In this document: piece by piece, positions 47,167 to 59,058 of the stretch
How positions within the stretch are numbered: position 1 is the stretch's first letter
Layout: every line of letters starts with the position of its first letter
Assembly (NCBI GenBank): GCA_903844215.1
Contig: CAIMSP010000016.1
Coordinates: 9,575 to 73,574, forward strand
Direction of reading: 5' to 3'
DNA length: 64,000 nucleotides
Source of the DNA: an uncultured beta proteobacterium
GTDB lineage: Bacteria > Pseudomonadota > Gammaproteobacteria > Burkholderiales > Burkholderiaceae_C
Notes under the pieces: model-generated
The model's input: the letters and a program-made list of their open reading frames with translations, nothing else
Told to the model about the DNA's origin: nothing
Database searches by the model: none
Made by a program: the position numbers and the translations under genes

Positions 47167-48894
47167 ATGGGGCGTCCTGGGAAAAAAGCACAGAGGTTGA
47201 ACCTTGAGACGCGATCTCTCTTTGACGACGACGCCGACAAGGATGTGGGTGCCGGTGAAGTCCCGGCACTGCCCGAAGGATTCGACCGATCCCAACCGGA
47301 GAGGTCCTATCGCGATCTGGTTCCAATCGCTCATCGCAAAAAATTCGCGCAATTTTTTACCCCTGAGCCAGTTGCGCAGTTGATGATCGACTGGGTTCTT
47401 CAAGTCAATCCAGTAACCATTCTGGATCCATCTGTGGGACCGGGTGTTTTCTTGAGGTTGATAGGTCAGCATGGTCATGCGACGAAGCTTCTTGGAATCG
47501 ATCTTGACCCGGTTGCCCTTGCTGCAGCGCGTACAACCCTAGGGCTCGATTTTGCAGAGCTAATTGGGCATGATTTTTTGACGTGGCCTGCCGATCGAAG
47601 ATTCGATGGCATATTGGCGAATCCGCCATATCTGCGCCACCATGATGTCCACTATTCGGTTGACATTTTTTCTGACGTCGGCCGGCGAAACGGCGTCGTT
47701 CTGAGTAAGCTCACAAATATCTACGTTCTTTTCATTCTCGAAATATGTAGAAGGCTAAGCCCTGGGGGGCGAGCCGCCGTCATCGTTCCTGGAGAATGGA
47801 CAAACGCGAATTTCGGAATGGCGCTGAAGAGCTTTCTGCTGCTTAATGGCTTTCTCCATTCGTTAGTTTACTTTTCAAATCTCTCCGAGCAGTTTGAAGA
47901 TGCGCTTACGACCGCAGCAATCCTTCTAATCGAAAAACCAATTTCCGACAAGGCAACCTCCTTTAATTCGTACTTCGTTGAGCATTCAGTCGCCATCGCC
48001 GATTTGAGACCGACGATCCTTGAAGGGCGAGGTCCTTCCTCTGGCGTCAGTCTTCGCAGATTTCTTGGCGCTGACTTGGTGGGCTTGGAAAAATGGGACA
48101 AGGTTCTGAAAGATGGAATGGCTGAACAACAGGCTGGGTTTGTTCCATTGGGTTCGATGGTGCGAAGTAGGAGAGGAATTGCTACTGGCGCGAACGAATA
48201 CTTCCATCTCACGGAGGCGAATGTTCGAAATTTCAAGTTGGACCAAGGCAATCTAAAGCCTTGCGTTGGGCGCGCCGATCAGGTAAACGGAATCAGATTC
48301 ACCTCGACGGACTTTCAGCGGTTGAATTATCAAGATAGCCGGGTTTGGCTTCTAAGTTTCGCATCGGCGCCTACGAGGGCCGAGGAAGACTACATTCGGC
48401 AGGGCCTGGTCAAAGGCCTAAATCAACGTTTCTTATTGGCCAGTCGGAAGCCATGGTATTCGATGGAGCAGCGGCCACCAGCCCCCATTTGGGCGGCCGT
48501 TTTTGGCCGTAAGTCGCTGCGCTTCGTTCATAATGAGGCAGGCGTTTCGAACCTGACAACGTTTCACTGTATCTATCCTACGAATAGTGATCCGGTATTT
48601 TGTCGCGCTTTAGTCTCGTGCTTGAATAGCAGATTAGTACAAGAGCTTGCGGAACACCAGCGGCGAGTGTACGGTGGGGGCCTGCTCAAGTTTGAGCCTA
48701 AGGACCTTCTGTCCATACAGGTCCCAAATCTCGCAGTTGCAGCAGAGGAACTGGTGATCGCACTGGCGAAAATGTTGGACAGAATGGACAGTGCAATTCG
48801 GGAGATCGGCGCTATCTCACCCGAAATGATCGATGAACTTGATGAACTAGTTCGACATGCGGCCGGCGTTATACCCCGAGCAACACTTGCCTGA
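47167..48894 (+). CDS. N6-adenine DNA methyltransferase (gamma class, Eco57I/TaqI-like architecture)
   Basis: 575 aa. It contains FFTPEPVA, motif I ILDPSVGPGVFL, and motif IV ILANPPY, in the gamma order. The C-terminal half resembles a TaqI_C-type target recognition domain. A GGAG RBS lies 7 nt upstream of the ATG. Confidence 0.85.
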   Translation: MGRPGKKAQRLNLETRSLFDDDADKDVGAGEVPALPEGFDRSQPERSYRDLVPIAHRKKFAQFFTPEPVAQLMIDWVLQVNPVTILDPSVGPGVFLRLIGQHGHATKLLGIDLDPVALAAARTTLGLDFAELIGHDFLTWPADRRFDGILANPPYLRHHDVHYSVDIFSDVGRRNGVVLSKLTNIYVLFILEICRRLSPGGRAAVIVPGEWTNANFGMALKSFLLLNGFLHSLVYFSNLSEQFEDALTTAAILLIEKPISDKATSFNSYFVEHSVAIADLRPTILEGRGPSSGVSLRRFLGADLVGLEKWDKVLKDGMAEQQAGFVPLGSMVRSRRGIATGANEYFHLTEANVRNFKLDQGNLKPCVGRADQVNGIRFTSTDFQRLNYQDSRVWLLSFASAPTRAEEDYIRQGLVKGLNQRFLLASRKPWYSMEQRPPAPIWAAVFGRKSLRFVHNEAGVSNLTTFHCIYPTNSDPVFCRALVSCLNSRLVQELAEHQRRVYGGGLLKFEPKDLLSIQVPNLAVAAEELVIALAKMLDRMDSAIREIGAISPEMIDELDELVRHAAGVIPRATLA

Positions 48895-49783
48895 CAGCTG
48901 CTGCATCTAGCACAAGCGACCCGCCGACCGGCTTTACATAGGCGTCATGTCTGCCTAGCTCGGTGATCTTGTGTTCGGCCGCAAACTCCGGCGCGCTAGT
49001 TACAGTACCTACCTGGACCCCAAGAGTTATTGGAATCATGATAGTAGCCTTCTCTTGGCTATTGGCGGGTGTTTCTATTGCTATGCCGTTCTTTAGGTTT
49101 AGACCATTCCCTATTAACGTAAAAATCTCGAGCACATTAATTGCAAATACCGAGTCAAAAAAAACTTGAAAATACGCCTGTGGAATCTTCTTCCGCTCCA
49201 ACCATCGATACACGATCACGAGATCCTCCACTTTAACCGTGAAACTCGGGGCATCCCTGGATGCTTTTTTTCCACCTTCCTTTTGCATCTTGCGCACTGC
49301 CATATAAGTCAATGCATCAAACTTACTTGAGCGAACTTCGATACTTCCAATAGCAGAGTTTGCGATCTCGTCGATTACACCGAATTCGAGAACCGACAGG
49401 TTTGCTGTAATACCAGGCGAGATTTCTTTATCGAATAACAGTAGATCAGGCCGTTTGCCATGCAGACGAACTTCATCGAGCCCGCCGAGGTAGTGAGCTT
49501 TAAAGTCTGGATGTCCAGCTGCAATTGAATTTGTCTCACCAAAATGGGAGATTAGCCATGCTGGACAAGTCGTTCTCAGTGCATCGGCTAGGAGATTCTC
49601 AGCCCAGTCTCCCATCGCACGGTTCGCCAGAAATTCAGAACGGGCGTCTGTCGGCGCGCGCGGCGTTCGCTCTGGTGGATCGCCAGGGCCACCGAAATTT
49701 ACATGATTTTCATGTACGCCTTTTGCGGTCAATACACGAGCCACGCTCCGCTGTGCGGCGCATAATTTGTCGAAGTAGGTCAC
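48869..49783 (-). CDS. Putative type II restriction endonuclease (family not recognised)
   Basis: 304 aa. It is translationally coupled to the C gene (GTGA overlap) and convergent with the methyltransferase. It has a candidate PD...(E)xK-like motif: KRPDLLLFD ... SIEVRSSK. Confidence 0.55.
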   Translation of the reverse strand: MTYFDKLCAAQRSVARVLTAKGVHENHVNFGGPGDPPERTPRAPTDARSEFLANRAMGDWAENLLADALRTTCPAWLISHFGETNSIAAGHPDFKAHYLGGLDEVRLHGKRPDLLLFDKEISPGITANLSVLEFGVIDEIANSAIGSIEVRSSKFDALTYMAVRKMQKEGGKKASRDAPSFTVKVEDLVIVYRWLERKKIPQAYFQVFFDSVFAINVLEIFTLIGNGLNLKNGIAIETPANSQEKATIMIPITLGVQVGTVTSAPEFAAEHKITELGRHDAYVKPVGGSLVLDAAAVRQVLLGV

Positions 49784-50013
49784 TGTTTATTTTTATTGAC
49801 GTTGAGACTCAATAGATCAGTTACATTGCAATCAAGGGCACCCGCCAACTTGTACAGCGTTCCCACCGTGATGTTGCGTTCGGCGCGTTCTACGGCTCCG
49901 ACGTAGGTACGATGCAATCCACACTGTGCGGCCAGTTCCTCTTGCGACCAGCCCTTGGAAATACGAAGCTGCCGAACTCTATCGGCTATCGATTGCATCG
50001 GGCTTTTTGACAT
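49780..50013 (-). CDS. XRE-family HTH controller (C) protein
   Basis: 77 aa. The HTH region contains ISKGWSQEELAAQCGLHRTYVGAVERAERNITVGTLYKLAGAL. The size and the position directly upstream of the endonuclease-like gene are typical of C proteins. Alternative GTG start at 50016. Confidence 0.75.
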   Translation of the reverse strand: MSKSPMQSIADRVRQLRISKGWSQEELAAQCGLHRTYVGAVERAERNITVGTLYKLAGALDCNVTDLLSLNVNKNKQ

Positions 50014-50033
50014 CACTCAATTGTTTCATTGTG

Positions 50034-50057
50034 CAGACTAAATGACGACAGACTAAA
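50034..50057 (-). promoter_or_regulatory. Candidate C-protein operator (direct repeats containing AGTC/GACT)
   Basis: CAGACTAAA occurs at 50034-50042 and again at 50049-57, with 15-bp periodicity, 20-44 bp upstream of the C start. No Shine-Dalgarno sequence lies in between. Confidence 0.35.
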
Positions 50058-50822
50058 CATAGCAATTTCATTCTGATGTCGATGTTCATCAGGCTGTTTC
50101 TTCTTAGGTGTTAAAGCGATTCTAGACGCCACTGTGTTTGATGAGTCTCACCAATCTGAATCTCAAACCAAAGCAATGCAAACACTCTGGTAATTGATGT
50201 AAACAGCTTTACTGAATTGAACGTCCAGACGCTTTTTCGCTTGCAGTGAATCCCGCACTCGGCCCCCCACAGCTTTCAAGGTTTGCCAAAGACCTGCAAT
50301 CTCAAGGCGTTCTGTATCAGCGCCGCAAGGCAGCATTCACCGGAAATTCACTTTCGCCTGGTGTCTGTTCCATTTCAACCTTACTTCGCAGCCGTGCCGA
50401 TTCTGTGGAGTCAAGGGCTACGTTCGTAGGTCTATCGGGCGACCTTTGCTCATACGGCCAGTCTTGCTGGCATTGTGTGCATGGTGTTTGCCTTGCCCGT
50501 ACGTCACCTACTGGCGGAAATGGCCCTTCTTTCGAGGGCCGTGTTCCGAAACTTCACAGCCCTGAGCGCACAGCATTGGTCCGCCCCCCCCGCCTAGTGA
50601 ACATATGCATCCCCCGTATGCCTTTCACCCGCGGTGCGAGTCAGCACAGGGCATTTAGCGATCAGGAAGTGGTGATTCGTTGCAAGGGCAGACCGATGTG
50701 CTGCGGGTGAGAGAGGGTTGATACGATTTTGGATGATCCTGCGACCTTGATAGGCGCATCTTGGCCAGACAGGCGACTGCTATTCTGCGACGAGGCACAG
50801 CTTCGGATTGTGGTTTTCTTTA

Positions 50823-52094
50823 TCAGAGCAGCCAAGACAAAGGCGCCAGGCCCAGCGCGGCCAGGCCGATCAGCAGGGCGGCGCTTTGAACCCCGACGTG
50901 ACGCGGCGCCAGCGCAAACGCATACACGGCCTTGGCCAGGTTGTTGCTGGCGGCCGCGACCAGGATGGCGATGGCCGCGACCGAGGGCGGCGTCACACTG
51001 GCCGAGGCCTGCGTCATGCCCATGATGAAGGGGTCCACATCGGTGGCGCCCATCAGCGCCGAGAGCGTGTACACGCCGGCGTGCCCGAGGTAGGCTGCTG
51101 CGAGTTGGGTCGCGACCAACATCACCAGGAAGAGCAGGGCGAAGAGCAGTGCCGCGCGCAGCTCGAGCGGATTGCGCGGTGCGAGCGGGTCTTGCAGCGC
51201 CTGCGCGCCGGCATCGCGCCGGCGCGACCAGAGCCAGCCGACGGCGATCGCCAGCAGTCCCAGCGCCAGGAACGAGGGCGCCAGCGCACGCATCAACTGT
51301 GCATTGAACAGCGCCAGCAGCACCACCAGGCGCAGGTACATCACGCCGGAGGCGATCAGGATCCCGCCGGAAAACAATGGGGGCGGGCTGCTCTCCATGG
51401 CCGAGCGCTTGGCCAGCACCACCGTCGTCAAGGTCGATGAATAGGCGCCGCCCAGGACGCAGGCCAGGATCACGCCGCCCTGACCTTTGGACAGCTTCTG
51501 AATGACATAGCTGCCATAGGACACCGCACTCACCGCCACCACCACCAGCCAGGTCTTGAACGGATTGATCTGGAACGGGCTGAAGGCCTCGTTCGGCAGG
51601 ATCGGCAAGATCACGGCGGTGAGCAGCAAAAACTTGGTGAACGTGACCACGTCTTCTGGCGCGATGCGCTTGGCCAGTCCTTCCAATCCCCCTTTGAGTT
51701 CGAGCAGCAGCATGCTGGCCACCCCCAGCGTCGTGGCCATCCACAGGTGTTGCTGGAACACCAGCGCGCCGATCAAGTAGGTGATGAGGCCGGCCAGCTC
51801 GGAGGTCAATCCGGCCAAGCCGCCGGTGACCAGTTTGTGCCAGTACGACAGCAGGAGGAATCCGGCGACGGCGATGAATCCGAGTGCCAGCGGCATGATC
51901 TGGCTCCCCGACAAAGAGGCCATGGCGTAGCCGACCAGGCCGATCAGCGGGAACGTGCGCACCCCGCCGAACACATATTTGTCCGTGGTCGCCTTCTTTT
52001 CCTCGCGCTCCAAGCCGATCAGGAACGAGAGAAAGAGCACCAACAGGATGTTCTGCGCCTGCGGCGGCAGCCACTCGCTCAATGCCATAGCCAT
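50823..52094 (-). CDS. MgtC/SapB-family membrane protein with a DUF4010-like C-terminal region
   Basis: It is polytopic. The N-terminus LVLFLSFLIGLEREEKK is typical of MgtC/SapB. The start was chosen at MAMALSEW (52092-52094) within track ORF 50823..52262. Confidence 0.7.
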   Translation of the reverse strand: MAMALSEWLPPQAQNILLVLFLSFLIGLEREEKKATTDKYVFGGVRTFPLIGLVGYAMASLSGSQIMPLALGFIAVAGFLLLSYWHKLVTGGLAGLTSELAGLITYLIGALVFQQHLWMATTLGVASMLLLELKGGLEGLAKRIAPEDVVTFTKFLLLTAVILPILPNEAFSPFQINPFKTWLVVVAVSAVSYGSYVIQKLSKGQGGVILACVLGGAYSSTLTTVVLAKRSAMESSPPPLFSGGILIASGVMYLRLVVLLALFNAQLMRALAPSFLALGLLAIAVGWLWSRRRDAGAQALQDPLAPRNPLELRAALLFALLFLVMLVATQLAAAYLGHAGVYTLSALMGATDVDPFIMGMTQASASVTPPSVAAIAILVAAASNNLAKAVYAFALAPRHVGVQSAALLIGLAALGLAPLSWLL

Positions 52095-52403
52095 GCTTGC
52101 CTTGCTCCTTCTTTCGCAGCCGCAACTGCCTTGCCTTGCCCGCCAGCGCCGGCCCCGTGATCGGCCTGCGCGATCACCATGAATCGCCTCGCCATGATAT
52201 GCCAATGCCGCGCTGTGCCGGCCTTGGATCTGACCGCTGCCAGGTTTGCGGCGCTGACGCACGCGCCAACCGGAGGCGTTCGCGGCACGGGGAAGTGAGC
52301 GAAATTTACTTTTCTTTGCCTAAGCTATTGGCCGACAAATTGACCTGGATCATGTGTCATCCAAGCCCTTGGGAACAGACTTGCTGAACAACGACAACCC
52401 ACG

Positions 52404-53648
52404 GTGATTGGCGCCAGGAACAAGAACATGGTGAATGCATCTCTGATACTCAAATACCGCTGGAGGGTCCTGAGCCTGCTGCTCGTGTCGGCGCTGCTCG
52501 CTGCGGTCCTGCTGCGCTGGTGGCAGGGTGCCGAGGTCGCGATCGAACGGCTGCAGCCACGTGATTTCGTCCAGACCGTGGTGGCCAGTGGCCATGTGGA
52601 GACGCCGCACCGCGCCGACATCGGCAGCCAGGTCACGGGCGTCGTGCGGCGCGTGCCGGTGAGCGAAGGGCAAAGCGTCCAGGCCGGCGACTTGCTGATT
52701 GAGCTCGACGCGACCGAGCTTCGTGCGAATGAGCGCATGGCCGCAGTCGCCGTGACCCAGGCCCAGGCTCGTTTGCGGCAGTTGCGCGAGGTCCAGGCGC
52801 CGGTGGCGGAGCAGGGCTTGCGGCAGGCGCAGCTCAACCTGGAGAACGCACGCCGGACGCTGGCGCGCAATCAGGAGCTCTTTGACAAGAAATTCATCAG
52901 CCAGGCCGGGCTCGACGATGCGCGTCAGGCGGTGGATCTGGCCGACGCCCAAGTGCGTTCCGCGCGCAAGCAATTCGACACCGCGCTCAGCGAAGGCAGC
53001 GACACGGAGATCGCCCTGGCGGCGGTGGCCCAGGCCGAGGCCAGCCTGCAGGCCGCGCGTGCGCGCAGCGCTTATGCCCAGGTGCGCGCGCCGCGCGACG
53101 GCACGCTGATTGCTCGCAACGTCGAAGTGGGCGACGTGGTCCAGCCAGGCAAGGTGCTGATGACGCTGTCGCCTGCAGGCCGAACCCAACTGGTGGTGGA
53201 GATCGATGAGAAGAACCTGCGCCTGCTGGCGCTGGGGCAAAAGGCCTTGGCTTCGGCGGACGCCTTTGCGCAGCAGCGATTTGCCGCCGAACTGGCCTAC
53301 ATCAATCCGGGCGTGAATGCCCAGACCGGTTCGGTCCAGGTCAAGCTGGACCTGCCCAAGCCACCCGCCAATCTGCAGCAGGACATGACGGTGTCGGTGG
53401 ACATCGAAGTGGCACGCCACGCCCAAGTGCTGGTGCTGGCCAGCAGCGCCGTGCATGACGCCGAGGGCCCGGCGCCCTGGGTGTTGCTGCTGGAAGATGG
53501 GCGCGCGCTACGGCGAACCCTGCGCCTGGGGCTGCGCAGCGGCGGCTGGGCCGAGGTGCTTGAGGGCCTGCAAGCCGGGGACGCCGTGATCACCAGCAGC
53601 CCGGCACCGGCGCCCGGCGAGCGCGTGCACAGCGCCCGCACCGAGTAG
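52404..53648 (+). CDS. Efflux transporter periplasmic adaptor (HlyD/MacA family)
   Basis: It has a TM anchor, a lipoyl-like segment, a coiled-coil hairpin (AQARLRQL...LENARRTLARNQELF), and a beta-barrel domain. Confidence 0.85.
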   Translation: MIGARNKNMVNASLILKYRWRVLSLLLVSALLAAVLLRWWQGAEVAIERLQPRDFVQTVVASGHVETPHRADIGSQVTGVVRRVPVSEGQSVQAGDLLIELDATELRANERMAAVAVTQAQARLRQLREVQAPVAEQGLRQAQLNLENARRTLARNQELFDKKFISQAGLDDARQAVDLADAQVRSARKQFDTALSEGSDTEIALAAVAQAEASLQAARARSAYAQVRAPRDGTLIARNVEVGDVVQPGKVLMTLSPAGRTQLVVEIDEKNLRLLALGQKALASADAFAQQRFAAELAYINPGVNAQTGSVQVKLDLPKPPANLQQDMTVSVDIEVARHAQVLVLASSAVHDAEGPAPWVLLLEDGRALRRTLRLGLRSGGWAEVLEGLQAGDAVITSSPAPAPGERVHSARTE

Positions 53649-53654
53649 CGCACC

Positions 53655-54888
<1,234 letters not shown>

Positions 54889-54896
<8 letters not shown>

Positions 54897-55623
54897 GGCA
54901 CAGGCGCGCATGAGCCCCGCGACGAACAACGTGGTCGTGCAGTTGCGCGGCGTGGTCAAGGCCTTCAACCCGGGCACGCCGATCGAGACCGAGGTGCTGC
55001 ACGGCATCGACCTGACGCTGCAGCAGGGCGAGTTCTGCGCGGTGATGGGGCCATCGGGCTCAGGCAAAAGCACGCTGCTCAACATCGTGGGCCTGCTGGA
55101 CCGGCCGAGCCGCGGCACGCTGCAGGTCTGCGGCGAGGAAACCACGACCCTGGACGACCGCGCGCTGACCCGGCTGCGCGGCCACAACATCGGCTTCGTG
55201 TTCCAGTACCACCACCTGATCACGGCCTTCACGGCACTGGAAAACGTGATGATTCCGATGCTCGGCGCGGCCGGTTTCCCGAACTTGGCGATGCGCGAAC
55301 GCGCCGAGGAATTGATTGCCAGCGTGGGCCTGACGGCCTGGCAAAACAACCTCGCGGGCAACATGAGCGGCGGGCAACAGCAGCGCGTGGCGGTGGCGCG
55401 CGCCCTGGCGATGAACCCGGCGCTGCTGCTGGCCGACGAGCCCACCGGCAACCTGGACAGCAAGAGCGCCGACGCGGTGTTTGAGTTGTTGCGCCGCTTC
55501 AACCGCGAGCACGGAACCACGGTGCTGTTCGTGACCCACAACGCCGCGCTGGCACAGCGCTGCGACAAGACGATCCAGGTGGTCGATGGCTGCATCACCA
55601 GCGAAATCAAAAGCCACAGTTAG
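54889..55623 (+). CDS. ABC transporter ATP-binding protein (LolD/MacB-type)
   Basis: Walker A is GPSGSGKST, the signature is MSGGQQQR, and Walker B is [12 protein letters not shown]. Confidence 0.88.
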
Positions 55624-55971
55624 CCACGGCAAACCACCACCGCCATCATCGTTCGCAGCGGGTTCGCCTGGCCAAGGGCTGAGACTGCCGGCGCCACGCT
55701 GACGGTTCGCCGGCCCTGCGTTTAGCCCGCACCGATGGGCTGTCGCGCCGCCCTTGGACCCCGGTCATTTCGCTTTGATCGCCACAGGTTTTTCGCTTCC
55801 GTTGACTTGCATCAGTTGATCGCCAGACAGGGGCTGTCTTAGGCTTTTGAACCGCTCCCAAGCGCGCAGGAAAGGCGCATGATGAAGGCTCAAGCCAGCG
55901 ACGGTTGAAGTGAAACGTGGGGCGTTTCTACGGACTGTGTCGCAAGGTGTTTTGAAAGCGAAGAGGTTCCC

Positions 55972-56355
55972 ATGTCGCACTACCATGCACTCGTTTGGAT
56001 CGATCACGTTGAAGCCCACGTGATGCACATCAGCCCGGATGACGTTGAAAAGTCGCTGGTGCAGCCGAGCCACAGCAACCACAAGCTGCACTCCCGTGTG
56101 GGGACACTGGGAAGCGGTCGGGCCCCGGAAGATCAGGACTACTACCACCGTGTCGTTGAATCACTCAAAGGCGCATCCGAGATCCTGATTGTCGGACCGG
56201 CCCAGGCCAAGCTACATCTGGTCAAGCACATTCATGCCCATGATCCCGCTCTCATGGCCAAGATCGTTGGCGTGGAAACGGTCGATCATCCGACCGATGC
56301 GCAGTTGGTGGCCTACGCGCGCAAGTATTTCCTGGCCAAGGACAAGATGCTGTAA
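55972..56355 (+). CDS. Small His-rich conserved hypothetical protein (possibly release-factor-domain-like)
   Basis: 127 aa with about 14 His. It resembles proteins I recall being annotated as translational machinery protein in Burkholderiales. This is from memory only and has not been verified. Confidence 0.45.
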   Translation: MSHYHALVWIDHVEAHVMHISPDDVEKSLVQPSHSNHKLHSRVGTLGSGRAPEDQDYYHRVVESLKGASEILIVGPAQAKLHLVKHIHAHDPALMAKIVGVETVDHPTDAQLVAYARKYFLAKDKML

Positions 56356-56379
56356 CGGGCGCCGCGCTGGCGGCCGCGC

Positions 56380-57645
<1,266 letters not shown>

Positions 57646-57826
57646 GGGCGAGTCATTCTGATCAGGTGGGCCGTGCGCGGTGCTGCGCAGCCGCTTCGGT
57701 CCGATGGCGCATCGGGCCGCATGCGTCGATGGTAAACCTGCGCCCGGGCTGCGCGATAATGCAGCCAGCCGCCGCACCGGTTTGGGCCAGGGCCCGCCTC
57801 GCCCCATTTGAACGATTGCCGAGACC

Positions 57827-58417
57827 ATGCATCGCACCATCTTCGACACGCCCATCGTCAACACGCTGCTGCGTGCCTTTTCGCTTTTTTTCCTGAAGAT
57901 CACTGGCTGGAAGGTGCAAGGCAGCATGCCGCCGGGTTGCAGCAAAAGCGTCTGGATCGCGGCGCCGCACACCAGCAACTGGGACCTGCCCTACACGCTG
58001 ATGGTGGTGTTCGCGCTGAATCTGAAGGTGTACTGGATGGGCAAGGAGCAACTCTTTCGGCCGCCGTTTCGCGGCTTCATGATGTGGCTGGGCGGCATTC
58101 CGGTGCAGCGCGAAAAGGCCAGCAACCTCGTCGCCGCCTCGATCGATGCGCTCCAGCAGGCGCAGGGCCCGATGCAGCTCATCGTGCCGCCGGAGGGCAC
58201 ACGCTCCAAGGTGCGGTACTGGAAAACCGGCTTTTATTACATCGCCCTCGGCGCCCAGGTGCCCATCGTCATGGCCTACATGGACTACGAGAAGAAGATC
58301 AGCGGACTCGGCCCGGCGTTTGTGCCCAGCGGCGACATCGAGGCCGACATGGTCGCGATCAAGGCCTTTTATGCGCCGTTCAAGGGCCGCAACGCGCAGC
58401 AGTTCCAGGCTGATTAA
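57827..58417 (+). CDS. PlsC-family acyltransferase
   Basis: It has the HxxxxD motif (HTSNWD) and a PEGTRS block. Confidence 0.75.
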   Translation: MHRTIFDTPIVNTLLRAFSLFFLKITGWKVQGSMPPGCSKSVWIAAPHTSNWDLPYTLMVVFALNLKVYWMGKEQLFRPPFRGFMMWLGGIPVQREKASNLVAASIDALQQAQGPMQLIVPPEGTRSKVRYWKTGFYYIALGAQVPIVMAYMDYEKKISGLGPAFVPSGDIEADMVAIKAFYAPFKGRNAQQFQAD

Positions 58418-58423
58418 GCGGGC

Positions 58424-59041
58424 TCAATCCGATTCCAGGGAGCGCAGTTCTTCCAGCGTGTTGGCGTTGAAAAAGGCCTTGGGGTCGTCGCCCGGCGCAT
58501 TGAAGGGAACCAGCACCGTCTTGTGCTGCGCGGTCCAGCGGTCGATCTTGCGTCCGCCCTCGGACGTGAAACGCAGCAGGCTGGGCAGCAGCGCGCGCTG
58601 CAGCAGACAAAACACCGGTTGCGCGCGCAAAGCGCCGTCCTCTTCGGGTGCCGCCACCATGGCAATCTGCGCGCCTTCGCGCTCCAGCGCCTGGGCCATG
58701 CGCTGCGCCAGGTCCAACGGGAACAGCGGCGAGTCGCAGGGCAGGGTGAGCAGCAGGGGGGTGTGGCAGTGCTCCAGCCCGCTCAGGAAGCCCGCCAGCG
58801 GGCCGGCATAGTCGGCCAGCGCATCGGGCCACACCGGCACGCCAAAAGCCGCGTAGTCGGCATGGCTGCGGTTGGCGTTGATCATGATGTCACCCAAGGG
58901 CGCGCCGCTTTGGCGCTGCAGGCGCTGCAGCGCATGCAGCGCCAGCGGCTGGCCGTTGAAGTGCTGCAGGCCCTTGTCCACGCCGCCCATGCGCGTGCCG
59001 CGCCCGCCGGCGAGGATGATGGCGCTGATGTCAGAAATCAT
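58424..59041 (-). CDS. mobA: Molybdenum cofactor guanylyltransferase
   Basis: It contains [17 protein letters not shown] and LTLPCDSP, both typical of MobA. Confidence 0.85.
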   Translation of the reverse strand: MISDISAIILAGGRGTRMGGVDKGLQHFNGQPLALHALQRLQRQSGAPLGDIMINANRSHADYAAFGVPVWPDALADYAGPLAGFLSGLEHCHTPLLLTLPCDSPLFPLDLAQRMAQALEREGAQIAMVAAPEEDGALRAQPVFCLLQRALLPSLLRFTSEGGRKIDRWTAQHKTVLVPFNAPGDDPKAFFNANTLEELRSLESD

Positions 59042-59058
59042 CGGTTTGCGCGACAGCC

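Larger units (their letters stand above)
46828..50697. mobile_element. tRNA-Arg-associated low-GC genomic islet (R-M cargo, no integrase; likely immobilised)
   Basis: Composition drops right after the tRNA. GGGCAGACCAAT (46818-46829, the tRNA 3' end) recurs as GGGCAGACCGAT at 50686-50697. Confidence 0.5.

Noticed and set aside
47041-47478. A 145-aa minus-strand ORF overlapping the methyltransferase start.
   Set aside because: It is antisense to the 5' end of a well-supported MTase gene and its promoter region. No motifs are present and the sequence is Trp/Arg-rich and atypical.
50246-50710. A 154-aa plus-strand ORF in the distal part of the tRNA islet.
   Set aside because: The translation is Cys/Ser/Arg/Pro-rich with no recognisable motif, no RBS and no codon bias typical of either the islet or the host. 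I treated the region as non-coding or decayed DNA instead (see findings).
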